From Mobula hypostoma (taxonomy: Eukaryota): 64,000 nucleotides of DNA. Below are positions 38,403 to 50,530 of the stretch, one piece after another. The stretch spans positions 59,336,001 through 59,400,000 of the forward strand of contig NC_086108.1 of NCBI RefSeq assembly GCF_963921235.1, read 5' to 3'. Within the stretch, counting starts at the first letter, position 1. Every line of letters starts with the position of its first letter. Position numbers and translations under genes: made by a program. The notes under the pieces were generated by a model that worked only from the letters and a program-made list of their open reading frames with translations, made no database searches and was not told where the DNA came from.

Positions 38403-39244
38403 GCACCTCTTCCTAGAGATGCTGCCTGGCCTGCTGCATTCACCAGCAACTTTTATCTGCTACTCCTAGAACTTTCTCTGCCTTTTTGACAGAAGTTTCA
38501 GAACGACTGCTTCATCAAACAAGGTTGCAGTAGTGTATGCGGCATGTTCCAAGTTTTGATGACACTCTTGTGAATTGCCTTGAAATATTTTGGTCTGTAA
38601 ATGGCACTAGACAAATATACTGATTAAGAGATTCTGAACTGCATCTGGGAAAGCAAATCATGCTTTTATATTAATATCCAAAATGTAAGTGCACGTGCTC
38701 AAGTAGAAAAGTGCCCAATTATGCTTGGAGCTTCAGAGAGAAATTCAAAATACATGAAGAAATGAGCACCAAGTGTAATTTCAGGGACCTAGTGTCTGAC
38801 CTTACACAGCTCCAAGTAATCATTTAAAGATAAAGCAAGAATGTTACAATGAGTTTTACTTTTAACTACACTGTCACAAGCCATTGTGCATTTTAAACAC
38901 TGTATCTTTATTTCAAATGTTCAGCGTTTTTTCCCCATTTTATTGACACAGCATGAGATTATTCCCATTGACTGACCATGGCTAACATGGTCCTTTGTAT
39001 TGTTCCACAATTATAATATTTGATTATTTTTCACACAAGTGCAGTAGGTCATACCCGCCTGCAGTGGTATTTTATAGCCATGTGCCATTAAGTATAATTA
39101 TTCTGCCATTAAATTTCATTAAATAACAGGAATTTCCAATTCCCTCAATAACGCTGTTCCTGAATACTCTCACTGGGATGGCAGTTTAGTTTCCTACCTA
39201 CATGACTCAAAGATATGGCATTCATCCCTTGAAAGACCAGCTGT

Positions 39245-41700
39245 CACTTAATTCAGTGTTTCACATGGATGAAGAGGTGCGCTGTCCTGATTCCATCTTT
39301 AATTGAGGCAATCTCCCTATATACAAGATCACTTAATTGCACTGTGGTTCTATAGGTTCTGGTGTGACCCACAGATGGAACAGGAGATAGTTGACTGAAC
39401 CAGTGTTCAGTTTGTGAGAGTCCACTGACTAGACCATGACTTTTGAACCAAGTTTGATCATAACTGTATGCCTTTGCTGAGGGATAACTCCCTAGATATA
39501 AAGAATTGGTCCATGTTTTATCACTTAGCTCTTTATCATTAGAGGGCAGTGTTCTAGAATGGGAGAGGGTTGGTATAGAACCCAACTTCTTCCATACTTA
39601 GTGAATAAGCTGACAATAACTTGGAACTTAGCCTCTGAACATGCACAAGCTCCAGCTTTATCAGGATACTGAGATTGGGGTTGACCTTGGCACTAGAATG
39701 TAGGCTCTACTGATGAAAAGGATTTCTGTTAGCCCTGTAGATGATCTCTACTCGAGGAAGAAGCTTTTTGAAGATAAGATGCAGCTTTTAGCTGAGAAAA
39801 TTGACAAAGCTTTAGGGCAAATTTGCAGCCTTACTTGGCAACGTTCTTCACTTACTTAGTGGCTGGGATTGTGGCCTGCCTGCCATCATGAAGTCATCAG
39901 CAAAGATAAAATGAGATCAAATTCCACTAGCAAGCAAATTTGAGGAGTACAGCACATGCTTTCCCCGCATGATGGAGACAAAGGTAGAGATATGTCACGT
40001 ATAATGGTTGGCAGTACTTCCTGTATTTCTTAAGTTTATCCCCAGTAAAGATAAGGCTTGCACTGGCTCCAGTTAGGCAGAATTCACATTGCAATTCAGA
40101 GACCATCTCTTCAATCAGTATGAAGAGACAGATGGGGAAGTCCATGGTCCCTGTCAGGTCATCTTAATAAGATTTGCCTCCTTTCTTGAGATGGTCATAC
40201 CTATGGTGTCCCTGTTGTCTCTTACAATAGTAATGTTGTTGATTTGTTACAGAAGTTTTTCGCTGGTGTGCTTTGAATGTCAAAAGTGATACAATCGGCT
40301 CCCCTACTTTGATAGCTTTATAGTTTATTCAATATTCTTTTTTGACTTCCTATCCCCCTGCTGCACCCCCTGTACAGACATGACTCTAAGGAGAGGTTCC
40401 ATTTTACTTCACCTACACATTTACAGATTATACCATTGTCATAGCCCATATCACAAATAATGATGAATCACAGTACAAGAAGGAAATAGAGAGCTTAGTA
40501 ACAAGGTGTCATGACAACAACCTTTACCTCAATGTCAATAAAACAAAAGATCTGGTTATTGACTTTAGGAAAGGTGGGTGGTGTATATACTCCTGTTTAC
40601 ACCAACAGCGCAGAAAACTTGAAGTTCCTAAGAGTTAACATCAGCAAAAGCATGTCCTGATCCAACCACAAAGACACCAGGAAAGTTCACAGACCCCTCT
40701 ACTTCCACAGAAGGCTGAAGAAAATTTAGCATGTCCCATTGAGCCTTAACCAGTTGTTATCGATGCTCCACAGAAAGCATCATGCCTTGGTACAGCAACT
40801 GCTCTGTACTTGACTGCAAGAAACTGCAGAGTTGTGGACACAGCTCAGCACATAACGGAAATCAACCTCCCTTCCATGGACTCTGTCTATACTTCTCACT
40901 GCCTCGGTAAAGCAGCCAGCATAATCAAAGACCCATCCCACCACCCCGGACATTCTCTCTTCTTCTTTCTTCCATTGGGATGAATATACAAAAGCCCAAA
41001 AGCACATACCCTCAAGAACTGCTTCTACCCCACTGTTATACGACTATTAAATGGTTTTCTAATGCAATAAGATGGCCTCTTAACCTCACAATCTACCTTG
41101 TTATGATCTTGCACCTTGTTGTTTACCTACACTGCACTTTCCCTGTAGCTACTGAACTTTATTCTGCATTGTCACTGTTTTACTTAATTCTACCTCAATG
41201 CATTCTATAATGATTTGATCCATTTCAAAAGAGTGCAAGACAAGGTTTTGATTGTATCTCAGTACATGTGACGATAGTAAATCAATTCCGATTCCAGTAT
41301 CAGTCAGGAATGACTACCAAAACAGCATGCTCTGGGGATACATGCCATGGACAGAATCTTAGTGGAAGAGGTTTTTGAACTATTCCTTCTAGTGGGTGTT
41401 CACTTCTAATCTGCCTGATAATTTTCCCTCCAGTCTTGATTGTCGTTGGGGTGGGATCCTGGATGTTTGAGCTATAGATAGCCTTGATTGTGCTAAAGTA
41501 CCTATTTATGTCAGGACTGTCAGTGAGTTAATGGGCCTCCTGTGCTCTTTCCACCCACTGTTAATTCCACTGTCTATAATATTCTGGCCAGAGATCATTT
41601 GTCCAATCCATTTCATTCTAGTTTTTGCAAAGCTATAATAATTAATCCCACGCCCCTGTACTTTTCCCTTATTAGTTTCTTTTTCTTTTAAGTGAGGTAC
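39245..41700 (-). mobile_element. Very old RTE-clade (BovB-like) LINE, split by the Rex1 insertion at ~40400-41297
   Basis: Minus-strand pieces in the expected order: WVERAQE...FSTIKAIY (~41480-41570); EEMVSELQCEFC...LIFT...KYCQPLY...LLKFAC (39927-40145); CACSEAKFQVIVSLFT (~39600-39650); LYLGSYPSAKA (~39470-39500). Confidence 0.75.
40400..41297 (+). mobile_element. Rex1/Babar 3' fragment
   Basis: NNLYLNVNKTKDLVIDFRK and IIKDPSH motifs; tail GTAAATCAATTCCGATTCCA. Confidence 0.85.
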
Positions 41701-42679
41701 TGATTATTGAAATCTGGCTTGGCTTTCTCTTAAGGATTTATATTTCATTTCATTTAGATTTTTTTTTCAAACCATGTGTATATGTCGTACAGCTCTCTTT
41801 ATAGCAATCTTGCTGCAGTTCAAACTCTTTGTCTCATATTTCAGCAGAACTTGGCCAAGAAGAATAAGCAGAAACACAAGCTCCAGGTGCTGGCTTTTGG
41901 AAAAACCAAGACCTTCAATTAAATTCTTTAATAGGGGAAGATACAAACTCAGTTAATTTACTTGTGTAATTGTGAAATATGCAATTTGCATTTTATTTAG
42001 CTTAAAATTAATTTATGAAGAGAGAATTTTCAGTTACTGACAAAAATAGTGTTAAATGTGACAGATGCATCATTGGCTAACATTCACAGCCTGAATTATA
42101 CAGTGACAAGAACCAATCAAATATCAAAAATTTAAAGAAATGAAACAGCTGATTGGAATTTCCAGTGGAAAAAGTTAAAGATTTGCACAGAAGGTAGCCA
42201 AGGCAAATGGCAACAGAAACATTGAAGAGTCCATGTTATACAAATTTATTTCGATTACCCAAATTAACTAATGCAGTTTATAGTATGTTTCTGCTCCAGT
42301 GTGACGGGCAGGTTACAAAGTGCAAATGATTAAACCACATGATTGTTTCATTGCCAAAGCCAATCTATATCAGAACTTGATATTTTAGTTAAACAACTCT
42401 AATACTAATAATTGCCCTATTAACTAGATAGGTATAAATATGAGTACAACAACCATAAATGAAACAAAGCCATTTGCTACCCAGCTGACAATCCTTCTCT
42501 TTTGGACAGCCAAATTCACCAGGTATATCTGGAAAATAAATGTAATTTTTAGTTATCTATATACTACTTAATCTTTGATCTATTATCTTTACAAACCTGT
42601 CCTTACCTTTGAGACAATGGTATTAGGAATTCCAATGTTTTCATGTGACAATATTTAGGACAGACATTTAAAAAAAGGG

Positions 42680-45600
42680 AAACACGAGGAAATCTGTAGA
42701 TGCTGGAAATTCAAGCAACTCACAGAAAAATGCTGGTGAACGCAGCAGGCCAGGCAGCATCTGTAGGAAGAGGTACAGTTGACGTTTCGGGCTGAGACCC
42801 TTCATCAGGACTAACTGAAAGAAGAGCTAGTAAGAGATTTGAAAGTGGGAGGGGGAGGGGAAGACCTGAAATGATAGGATAAGACAGGAGGAGGAGGGAT
42901 GAAGCTAAGAGCTGGAAAGTTGATTGGCAAAAGGGATACAAGGCTGGAGAAGGGAGAGGATCAAGGGATGGGAAACCTAGGGAGAAAGAAAGGAGGAGGG
43001 GAGCCAAGAGGATGGAAAGCAGGTAAGGAGTTATGGTGAGAGGGACAGAGGGAGAAAAAGAGAGAGAAAAAAAAGGGGGAAATTTTAAAAATAATAAATA
43101 AATAAATAAGGGATGGGGTACGAAGGGGAGGAAGGGCATTAAAAGAAGTTAGAGAAGTCAATGTTCATGCCATCAGATTGGAGACCACACAGACGGAATA
43201 TAAGGTGTTGTTCCTCCAACCTGAGTGTGGCTTCATCTCGACAGTAGAGGAGGCCGTGGATAGAAATGTCAGAACAGGAATGGGACGTGGAATTAAAATG
43301 TGTGGACACTGGGAGATCCTGCTTTCTCTGGCGGACAGAGCGTAGGTGTTCAGTGAAATGGTCTCTCAGCCTGCGTTGGGTCTCGCCAATATATAGAAGT
43401 CCGCACCGGGTGCACTGGACACAGTGTATCACCCCAGCTGACTTACAGGTGAAGTGTCGCCTCACCTGGAAGGACTGTCTGGGGCCCTGAATGGTGTGGT
43501 GAGGGAGGAAGTATAAAGGCATGTGTAACACTTCTTCCGCTTACAAGGATAAGGGCCAGGAGGGAGATCAGTAGGAAGGGATGGGGGTGATGAATGGACA
43601 AGGGAGTCGCGTAGGGAGCGATCCCTGCAGAAAGCAGAAAGGGGGGGAGGGAAAGATGTGCTTGGTGGTGGGATTCCGTTGGAGGTGGCGGAAGATTCGG
43701 AGAATTATATGTTGGACCCAAGTGCTGGTGGGGTGGTAGGTGGGGACAAGGGCAACCCTATTCCTAGTGGGGTGGCGGGAGGATGGAGTGAGAGCAGATG
43801 TGTGTGAAATGGGGTAGATGAGTTTGAGAGCAGAGTTGATGGTGGAGGAAGGGAAGCCCCTTTCTTTTAAAAAGGAAGACACCTTCTTTGACCTGGAATG
43901 AAAAGCGTCATCCTGAGAGCAGCTGCGGCAGAGATGGAGGAATTGCGAGAAGGGGATGGCATTTTTTCAAGAGACAGGGTGGGAAGAGGAATAGTTCAGG
44001 TAGCTGTGAGAGTCCATAGGCTTATAGTAGACATCAGTGGATAAGCTGTCTCCAGAGACAGAGACAGAAAGATCAAGAAGGGGGAGGGAGGTGTTGGAAA
44101 TGGACCAGGTAAACTTGAGAGCAGGGTGAAAGTTGGAGGCAAAGTTAATGAAGTCAACAAGCTTGCATGCGTGCAGGAAGCAGCGCCAATGCAGTCGTTG
44201 ATGTAGCGAAGGAAAAGTGGAGGACCGATACCAGTATAGGCTTGGAACATGGATTGTCCCACAAAGCCAACAAAAAGGCAGGCATAGCTAGGACCCATAT
44301 GGGTGCCCATGGCTACACCTTTAGTTTGGAGGAAGTGGGAGGAGCCAAAGGAGAAATTATTAAGAGTAAGGACTAATTCCGCTAGACGGAGGAGAGTGGT
44401 GGTAGAGGGGAACTGGGTAGGTCTGGAATCCAAAAAGAAGTGGAGAGCTCTGAGACCTTCCTGGTGGGGGATGGTGGTATATAGGGACTGGACATCCATG
44501 GTGAAGATAAAGTGGTGGGGGCCAGGGAAATTAAAATCATTGAAAAAAATCAGAGAGTGAGAAGTGTCACGAACATAGGTAGGAAGGGATTGAACAAGGG
44601 GGGATAAAAAAGTGTCGAGATATGCAGAAATGAGTTCGGTGGGGCAGGAGCAAGCTGAGGCAATGGGTCTACCCGGACAGGCAGGTTTGTGGATCTTGGG
44701 TAGGAGGTAGAAACGGGAAATGCGGGGTGTGGGAACTATAACGTTAGTAGCAGTGGATGGGAGATCCCCTGAGCTGATAAAGTTGGTGATGGTGTGGGAG
44801 ACAATGGCCTGGTGCTCCTTAGTGGGGTCATGATCGGGGGTTAAATAAGAGGAGGTATCCGTGAGTTGTCACTGTGCCTCGGCAGGGTAGAGATCAGTAC
44901 GCCAGATTACAACAGCACCCCCCTTATCGGCGGGTTTTATAGTAAGGTCAGGATTAGTGCGGAGGGGGTGGAGAGCAGAGCGTTCGGAAGGAGTGAGGTT
45001 GGATGGGAACAAGGTGTGGTTAAGTCGAGATGGTTGATGTCCCGTCAGCAGTTAGCAATAAAAAGATTCAGAGCAGGCAGAAGAACAGAGCGGGGTGTCC
45101 ATGAAGAGGAGGAGGGTTGATGACGGGAGAAGGGGTCATCGGTAGGGGTGGGAGAGGCCTTGCCGAAGAAGTGGGCTTGAAGATGGAGCCAGCGGAAGAA
45201 AATTTCAGCGTCATGGTGAACGCGGAACTCACTGAGGTGTGGGCGAAGGGGGACAAAGGTGAGGCCCTTACTGAGGACAGAGCACTCTGCCTCAGAGAGT
45301 TGGTCGGAGAGGGTGGTAAACTCCCGGCACGGATGAGAGCTGGGATCAGAGTGTGGAGGGGAAAGGAGGCTGGTAGTGTAAGTGGAGAGGGAAGGGGTGG
45401 GGTGAGAGGAAGATGGAGTCTCTGAGGGCCAGAAGTAGATGATGGAATGTGAGGGAGACGGGATTGCTGAGTGGTGGTGGGGGAAGGTGGAGACGGGAGT
45501 CACAATAGCAGCACGTGAAGACCCGGCCTGGAGTTCAAGGCTGGAGTCGCAGTTAGTGGTTGCGCAATCACTTTGAAGGTGTCAATGTTCGTTGGAGCCC

Positions 45601-45912
45601 GCATTGATGGTGCTGGAGTCCAGGTTTTGAATATGCCCTGGGTTGCTGGAGCTGCCGAGATCAATGGTGGGAGCTGCAATCCGAAGTTCATGCCTGCTAG
45701 CGTCGGAGCCAGCATGCTCTAGGGTCTGCAAATGGAAGATCTTGCGATCCTTGCCTAACATGAAAAGTCAAAGAAACGGCAATTGCACGCATGGATCCAA
45801 CTGAGGATGAAATAACAGGCAGATCTATTACAAACGGCGAAGAAAGTGTCCCGGAGGTGTGAAAGGGTCTGGGATAGGGATGCCAAGTACCTCCTCATGC
45901 TGGAGAGGGTTG
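42680..45912 (-). mobile_element. Near-full-length decayed Penelope-like element (Neptune-like): RT, Cys-rich linker, GIY-YIG and terminal region
   Basis: VLSKGLTFVP, MDVQSLYTTIPH, QTKGVAMGT, FLRYINDC, linker PYPCKRKKCYTC, VIHCVQCTRCGLLYIGET. Possible degenerate TSD CATTTAAAAAAAGGG (42665-79) and CATTTAACAAAGGGG (45913-27). Confidence 0.92.
42777..42812 (-). ncRNA. Minimal hammerhead motif
   Basis: Minus strand AGTC-CTGATGA-AGGGTCTCAGCCC-GAAA-CGTC-AACT. Core intact, one stem I mismatch. Confidence 0.72.
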
Positions 45913-46252
45913 CATTTAACAAAGGGGTTTTGATAATTTTTCCAACAACAAAAAAGTGACAGGCATCATGTCAAGCAAACAGAAAATACTATTGGCACAA
46001 TAACCAATTGGATTTTGAGTTAACTATTCATCACTGGATTGATATTTAATCAATTGTGAAACACTGAATCAAACCACTATAAAACATTCTGAGCAAATGG
46101 TTATGGAACTGGCACAAATGTACTGTGTTTCTTATACAGCCAAGGAAGAAAACAAGCTGTAACAGAATTTCAATAAACACTTGTTTAGTCTTACGATATA
46201 GATATAATAGGTGAAACAATGTTGTTTGTTAACCAAATAGTTGCCATCTGAA

Positions 46253-46511
46253 GGTAGTGTAGTAGTTAGCACAACACTTAATACTACCAGTTCAATTCCC
46301 GCCACTGCCTGTAAGGAGTTTGTACGTTCTTCCCGTGATCACGTGTATTTCCTCTCACAGTCCAGGCGTACTGGTTGGTAGGTTAATTGGTCATTGTAAA
46401 CTACCCTGTGATTACGCTAGGGTTAAATTGGGGGGGGGGTGCTGCTGGGTGGCACAGCTCGAAGGGCCAGAATGGCCTATTCCGTGCTGTATCTCAATAA
46501 ATAAATAAATA
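46253..46511 (+). mobile_element. tRNA-derived SINE with a CR1-like tail (HE1-like)
   Basis: A-box-like TAGTGTAGTAGTT, B-box-like GTTCAATTCCC, a 3' end GAAGGGCCAGAATGGCCTATTCC shared with the CR1 3' UTR at ~9034, and an (AATA)n tail. Confidence 0.85.
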
Positions 46512-46687
46512 CATTTATCCACTTAAAACAAATACATGACCTGACAAGCATCCCAGCAAAATTAGACTGCATGGCAGTAGATCATTTCAAACAATGAAGT
46601 TCAACTGTCAAGGTTTCTAGCACTTCCACAAAGCAACACCAGAAAAATGGAATCAATACTGGCTTTGTCAAATAAGCTTCTTGCTCT

Positions 46688-46817
46688 ACAACACACACAA
46701 AATGCTGGAGGACCTCAGCAGGACAGGCGGCATCTATGGAAAAGAGCACAGTTGACGATTCAGGCTGAGACTTTTCATCAGGACATTCCAGCATCTGCAG
46801 ATTTTCTTTTGTTTGTG
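46688..46817. mobile_element. 130-bp Penelope-derived mini-element with a degenerate hammerhead motif
   Basis: Minus-oriented terminal piece with CTGATGA...GAAT-CGTC, then a plus-oriented TTCCAGCATCTGCAGATTTTC end. Flanked by AAGCTTCTTGCTCT (46674-87) and AAGCTTCTTGGTCT (46818-31). Confidence 0.8.
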
Positions 46818-47239
46818 AAGCTTCTTGGTCTGTTTCTTTCTTTCTTGGTCATTTTTAAAATAGTCAGTTTGTTTCTTCTTGATCTCCTTAATGAAGCGAT
46901 TCACACTGCAATTAGTTTCTACCTGCCTTCTCAAATATAAATAGGTATTTACATCAAAACTCAACTGTCTTCATCCTGTAGTTTATTTGGCTATTTCCAC
47001 ACACAGTTGATGGACAACAATCAAGAGCAAGAAAACTCCGTCGAGGTCGCAGCTCAGACTTCATTATTTTTAGGTTTTGTTAGGCTTATAGGGATGGTTT
47101 TGAGGGTAGCGAGGAAAGTTTGGGATTAGGTTAGTATTTAGGGACAGAGATGCAGAGGAATTAGAGGACAGGTATAAGCCTATGCTCTGCATTTGAAGGT
47201 CAGCGACATGGATGTGGTCAAATGCTGGATTGTTAGATT

Positions 47240-49230
47240 GTTAGACCAGTGAGGACCAAGGACTGGTAACCCACTGGGTACAGAAATCACAAGACCAGAG
47301 TTATAGGTCTAGTGCTCCGGGTCCATCATAGGAGATTCCACAGCTCAAAGTCTGGGCTTTCATCCAAGTTCCTTATTCATTGTCATTAGCAAGTCCTAGG
47401 TCGATACTGAAGATTAAGGAGTGAAGGCAATCGGAAATCCAGATCAAAGTCTGAAGGCGGCTGGAAATCTAGAAGTTGAGGTCCGATGGCCAGAGCTGTG
47501 AGTCTGCGAACCTCTATGGGTCCACTGAGAAATTTGAAGACCAACTGTTTGTAAATCCGCAAGTCCGCTGGAGACTGGAAGCCAAAGAAGACAGCCTGTC
47601 CTGGAGTCAGAGGACTGTGCATGTGCATGGGTCGGTGGGGTCGAAAGGCGGGAGTAAAGGGGCTTGTCTTGCTATTATTGCTTTATCACTTGGTATATTC
47701 CGCTTTGTGCTCTATTGTGAGCAATGTTCCCTCTAATTTTTAGTGGTCAGTGTGCGCAAAAATATTATGTTGTGCAATTTTTTTCCTGTGACAAAAATAT
47801 GTACACACTGAATGCATACATGGCACAGTTTATGTGGGTTTACAAAATATTTGACATAAAACTGCACAGAATAAGAACAAAACAACAAGTATTTCAGTCA
47901 CTCAGTTATTTTTTCTCTCTCTCCTATCTTTGGCATTTACCCATTCTTTGTAAACTCTATCTAGACTACAGAACTTCCTTCCAATTGATAGCTTTTGATT
48001 CTCATTAACATATCCAAATGACATTCACCTAGACGGTTTCTCAGCTTGTTTTTGAGTTGATTCATTAGGCTAAAACCGCAGTCCGCTCTAGATGCAAGAA
48101 AGGTTCCCCCAACGTCCATCAATTGTGCAAGGTCGCAAAACTGTTCATTTTGAAGTACAAATGCCACCATTTGAGCAAAGTTTGAAATCAGTTTGGATTT
48201 AATTTTTTCTTGCACGGAAAGTCTGAAATCATTAAACTGTCTAACTATCACAATATTTTCAGCTAGAAAGCCATGATATTTTAGACATAAGGCATTAACT
48301 TGTTCATCGCCAAAAGTGAAGTCACAATCTGCAGTTGCGAAGAAATCAAGAGCTGACCATTCTTGTACCTCAACTTTGATCTCCTCTGTGTTTGATCATT
48401 TTTGCTCTCGCTCAACTGCACTCAACCGTAACATGCATAGCACTCCTGTAACAGGTAATGACGGGTACTGTTGCCTGAGCTTTTGTACATTGTCCAAATG
48501 CAAGTTACTTGCCAAATGATGCTTCAAAAAGTCAAGTTTCCAAATATCATCCCACTTCTTTCCACTAGCAAATTCTCCAGCAACTTTCGCATCACGACAA
48601 TACAAACAGATAACTCCAGTTTCCGAATCATACATAAATATTTCTCGTAGCTGAACATTCATGACCTCACGAGCTTTTGGTGTAGCAATTTCTACTGTTT
48701 GGTTAAGCCACTCAACTTTAAACAAATTTGCAGTTCTTTTGCGCTTCACTTCTTTTGAATTCGACATAGTGAATCGATATTTTTTTCCAATAAAAACTTA
48801 GTAAGCTATCTACAAGATTTGAAGCAGATCATTGTAAACTTTACGATATGAACACTGTCCGCCAAACATGGCTGCCGCCGTGATGCGGCTGTACAAACTG
48901 AAACAGGATAGATGAGGTGACGTACATTAGTGACGTGCATTGTGGTATTTGAGAAACCGACTAACTAGTTAACAGAAACAGTTAGCTAAGAGATTATTTT
49001 CAATCAGTATAATTATTAATTACTACATTATTTTAGATAACCTGCCTTTTGTGCGCACATTAATTTCCTTTGTGCGCTGGTTGAAAACGTGTGCGCATGC
49101 ACACGTGCACAGCTTAGGGGGAACTATGGTTGTGAGCATAGTGGATGCCCCCGGCACATCCTTTAACACAAATGACACATTTCACTGTATGTTTCAACGT
49201 ACATGTGATAAATAAATCTGAATCTGAATT
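47240..49230 (+). mobile_element. Non-autonomous retroelement with a Rex1-type tail, split by the hAT insertion
   Basis: GC-richer body to 47721 resumes at 49129 and ends TACATGTGATAAATAAATCTGAATCTGAA. The 5' boundary is uncertain. Confidence 0.55.
47722..49128 (-). mobile_element. Internally deleted hAT DNA transposon (Tip100/ZNF862-like transposase remnants)
   Basis: TIRs CAATGTTCCCTCTAA and CATAGTTCCCCCTAA (12/15); 8-bp TSD ATTGTGAG/GTTGTGAG. Minus ORFs give an N-terminal zinc finger (CLYC...HLASNLH) and a C-terminal dimerisation motif (GFSLMNQLKNKLRNRL). Confidence 0.9.
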
Positions 49231-49371
49231 TGAAACTATTTGTGCTATTAATCAGGAAAGAAATAACAATTCAACACTGAGTGAATTTGGGTTACACTTC
49301 ATGTGTGTGGCTCTAAACCACATGAGAAGCAACATGATAGTCAATCATTAATGCCTGATTGAATCATATAA

Positions 49372-50530
49372 TGATAGAATCAGGCCCTTTTAGCCCACCT
49401 TATCCACGCTGATCATGAAGCCTATTCAGGCCTATTCCAAGTGCCTGTGTTGTACCCATATCCCTTATATCTCTACTATCCAAGTACTGTCCAAACATGT
49501 TTTTAAAATATTCTAACTCTGTAGGCCTCCATTTCCTCTGACAGCTCATTCTATGTGAAAAGAAAAAAGCTACTCCTTTAAATTTCTCCCTGCTTACCAT
49601 TAATCCATGCTCTTTAGCTCCAGGCTCCCCCAACCTGGGAAGACAATTCTGACTAGCTATTTTATCTCGGCCCCCCATAATTTTATAAATCTTTTCAAGG
49701 TTGTCTCTTAGCCAGCAACCTTATAACTACAACCCCGTAAGGAGAGCAGTTATCTCTCCATATAACTACAACCCTCTGCTCCAGGAAACAGCCTGGTGAA
49801 TCTCTTCTGCACTCTCTTATTATTAGAATCTCTTTCTTCTAGTGTGTGATGACCAGAACTCTATAAATATGAGGGGTGATTGACAAGTTCGTGGCCTAAG
49901 GTAGAAGGAGCCAATTTTAGAAAACCTAGCACATTTATTTTTCCTACATTTACACACTTAGTCCAGCAGTCGTGGAGCATACGGATCCCTTCTTTGTAGA
50001 AGTCGGCGTCTTGGACCGCCAGAAATGGTCCACAGTAGGGGTGATTGATAAATTTGCAGTCTAAGATAGAAGGAGATGAGTTATTAACTTCAAACTTTCT
50101 GCATTTTCACTCAAAGAGTTGAACTGCACGTGCATGTACCAAGAGCTGTATAACTCATCTCCTTCTACTGTAGGCCACGAACTTATCAATCACCCCTGCT
50201 GTGGACCACCTGGAGGTCCAAGACGCTCTCGTTACATGCACGTGCAGTTCAGCTTTTTGAGTGATAATGCAGAAATCTTGAAGTTTAATAACTCATCTCC
50301 TTTTATCTTGGGCCACAAACTTATCAATCACCCCTGCTGTGGACCACTTCTACAAAGAAGAGATCCGTATGCTCCATGACCGCTGGACTAAGTGTGTACA
50401 TGTAGGAGGAGACTTCGTTGAAAAATAAATGTGCTAGGTTTTCTAGGTTTTCCTTCTATCTTAAGCCACAAATTTATCAATCACCCCTCGTACACTCCAA
50501 ATGCGTTCTAACCTATGTTTAGTAAAACTC
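49372..50530 (-). mobile_element. Old CR1 3' fragment hosting the mariner MITE
   Basis: Minus ORF KEHGLMVSREKFKG...FFSHR. GACCAGAACTCTATAAATA|MITE|CACTCCAAATGCG joins into the reverse complement of a decayed RPHLEYCVQFW motif. Confidence 0.75.
49870..50490. mobile_element. Mariner-derived MITE with nested inverted repeats (copy 1)
   Basis: TA at 49868-69 and 50491-92. Termini (T/C)GAGGGGTGATTGA and TCAATCACCCCTCG. Arms of ~140 bp carry a transposase C-terminal remnant (FYKE.IRMLHDRWTKC). Confidence 0.9.

Larger units (their letters stand above)
36896..38455. mobile_element. Penelope-like element: two diverging inverted 3' portions (GIY-YIG plus terminal region) in one insertion
   Basis: Arms 36942-37617 and 37777-38456 are reverse complements. 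Each encodes VIYCVRCSRCGLLYIGET...RFAEHLRS. 12-bp direct repeat TCTGCTACTCCT at 36884-95 and 38456-67. Confidence 0.93.

Noticed and set aside
39895..39920. Minus-strand FIFADD read as the RT catalytic motif
   Set aside because: By motif order the RTE catalytic site lies near 39660, so this is probably a chance match in decayed sequence.
46253..46310. tRNA gene
   Set aside because: It has A/B-box-like motifs but no cloverleaf, and it continues into a SINE body and tail.
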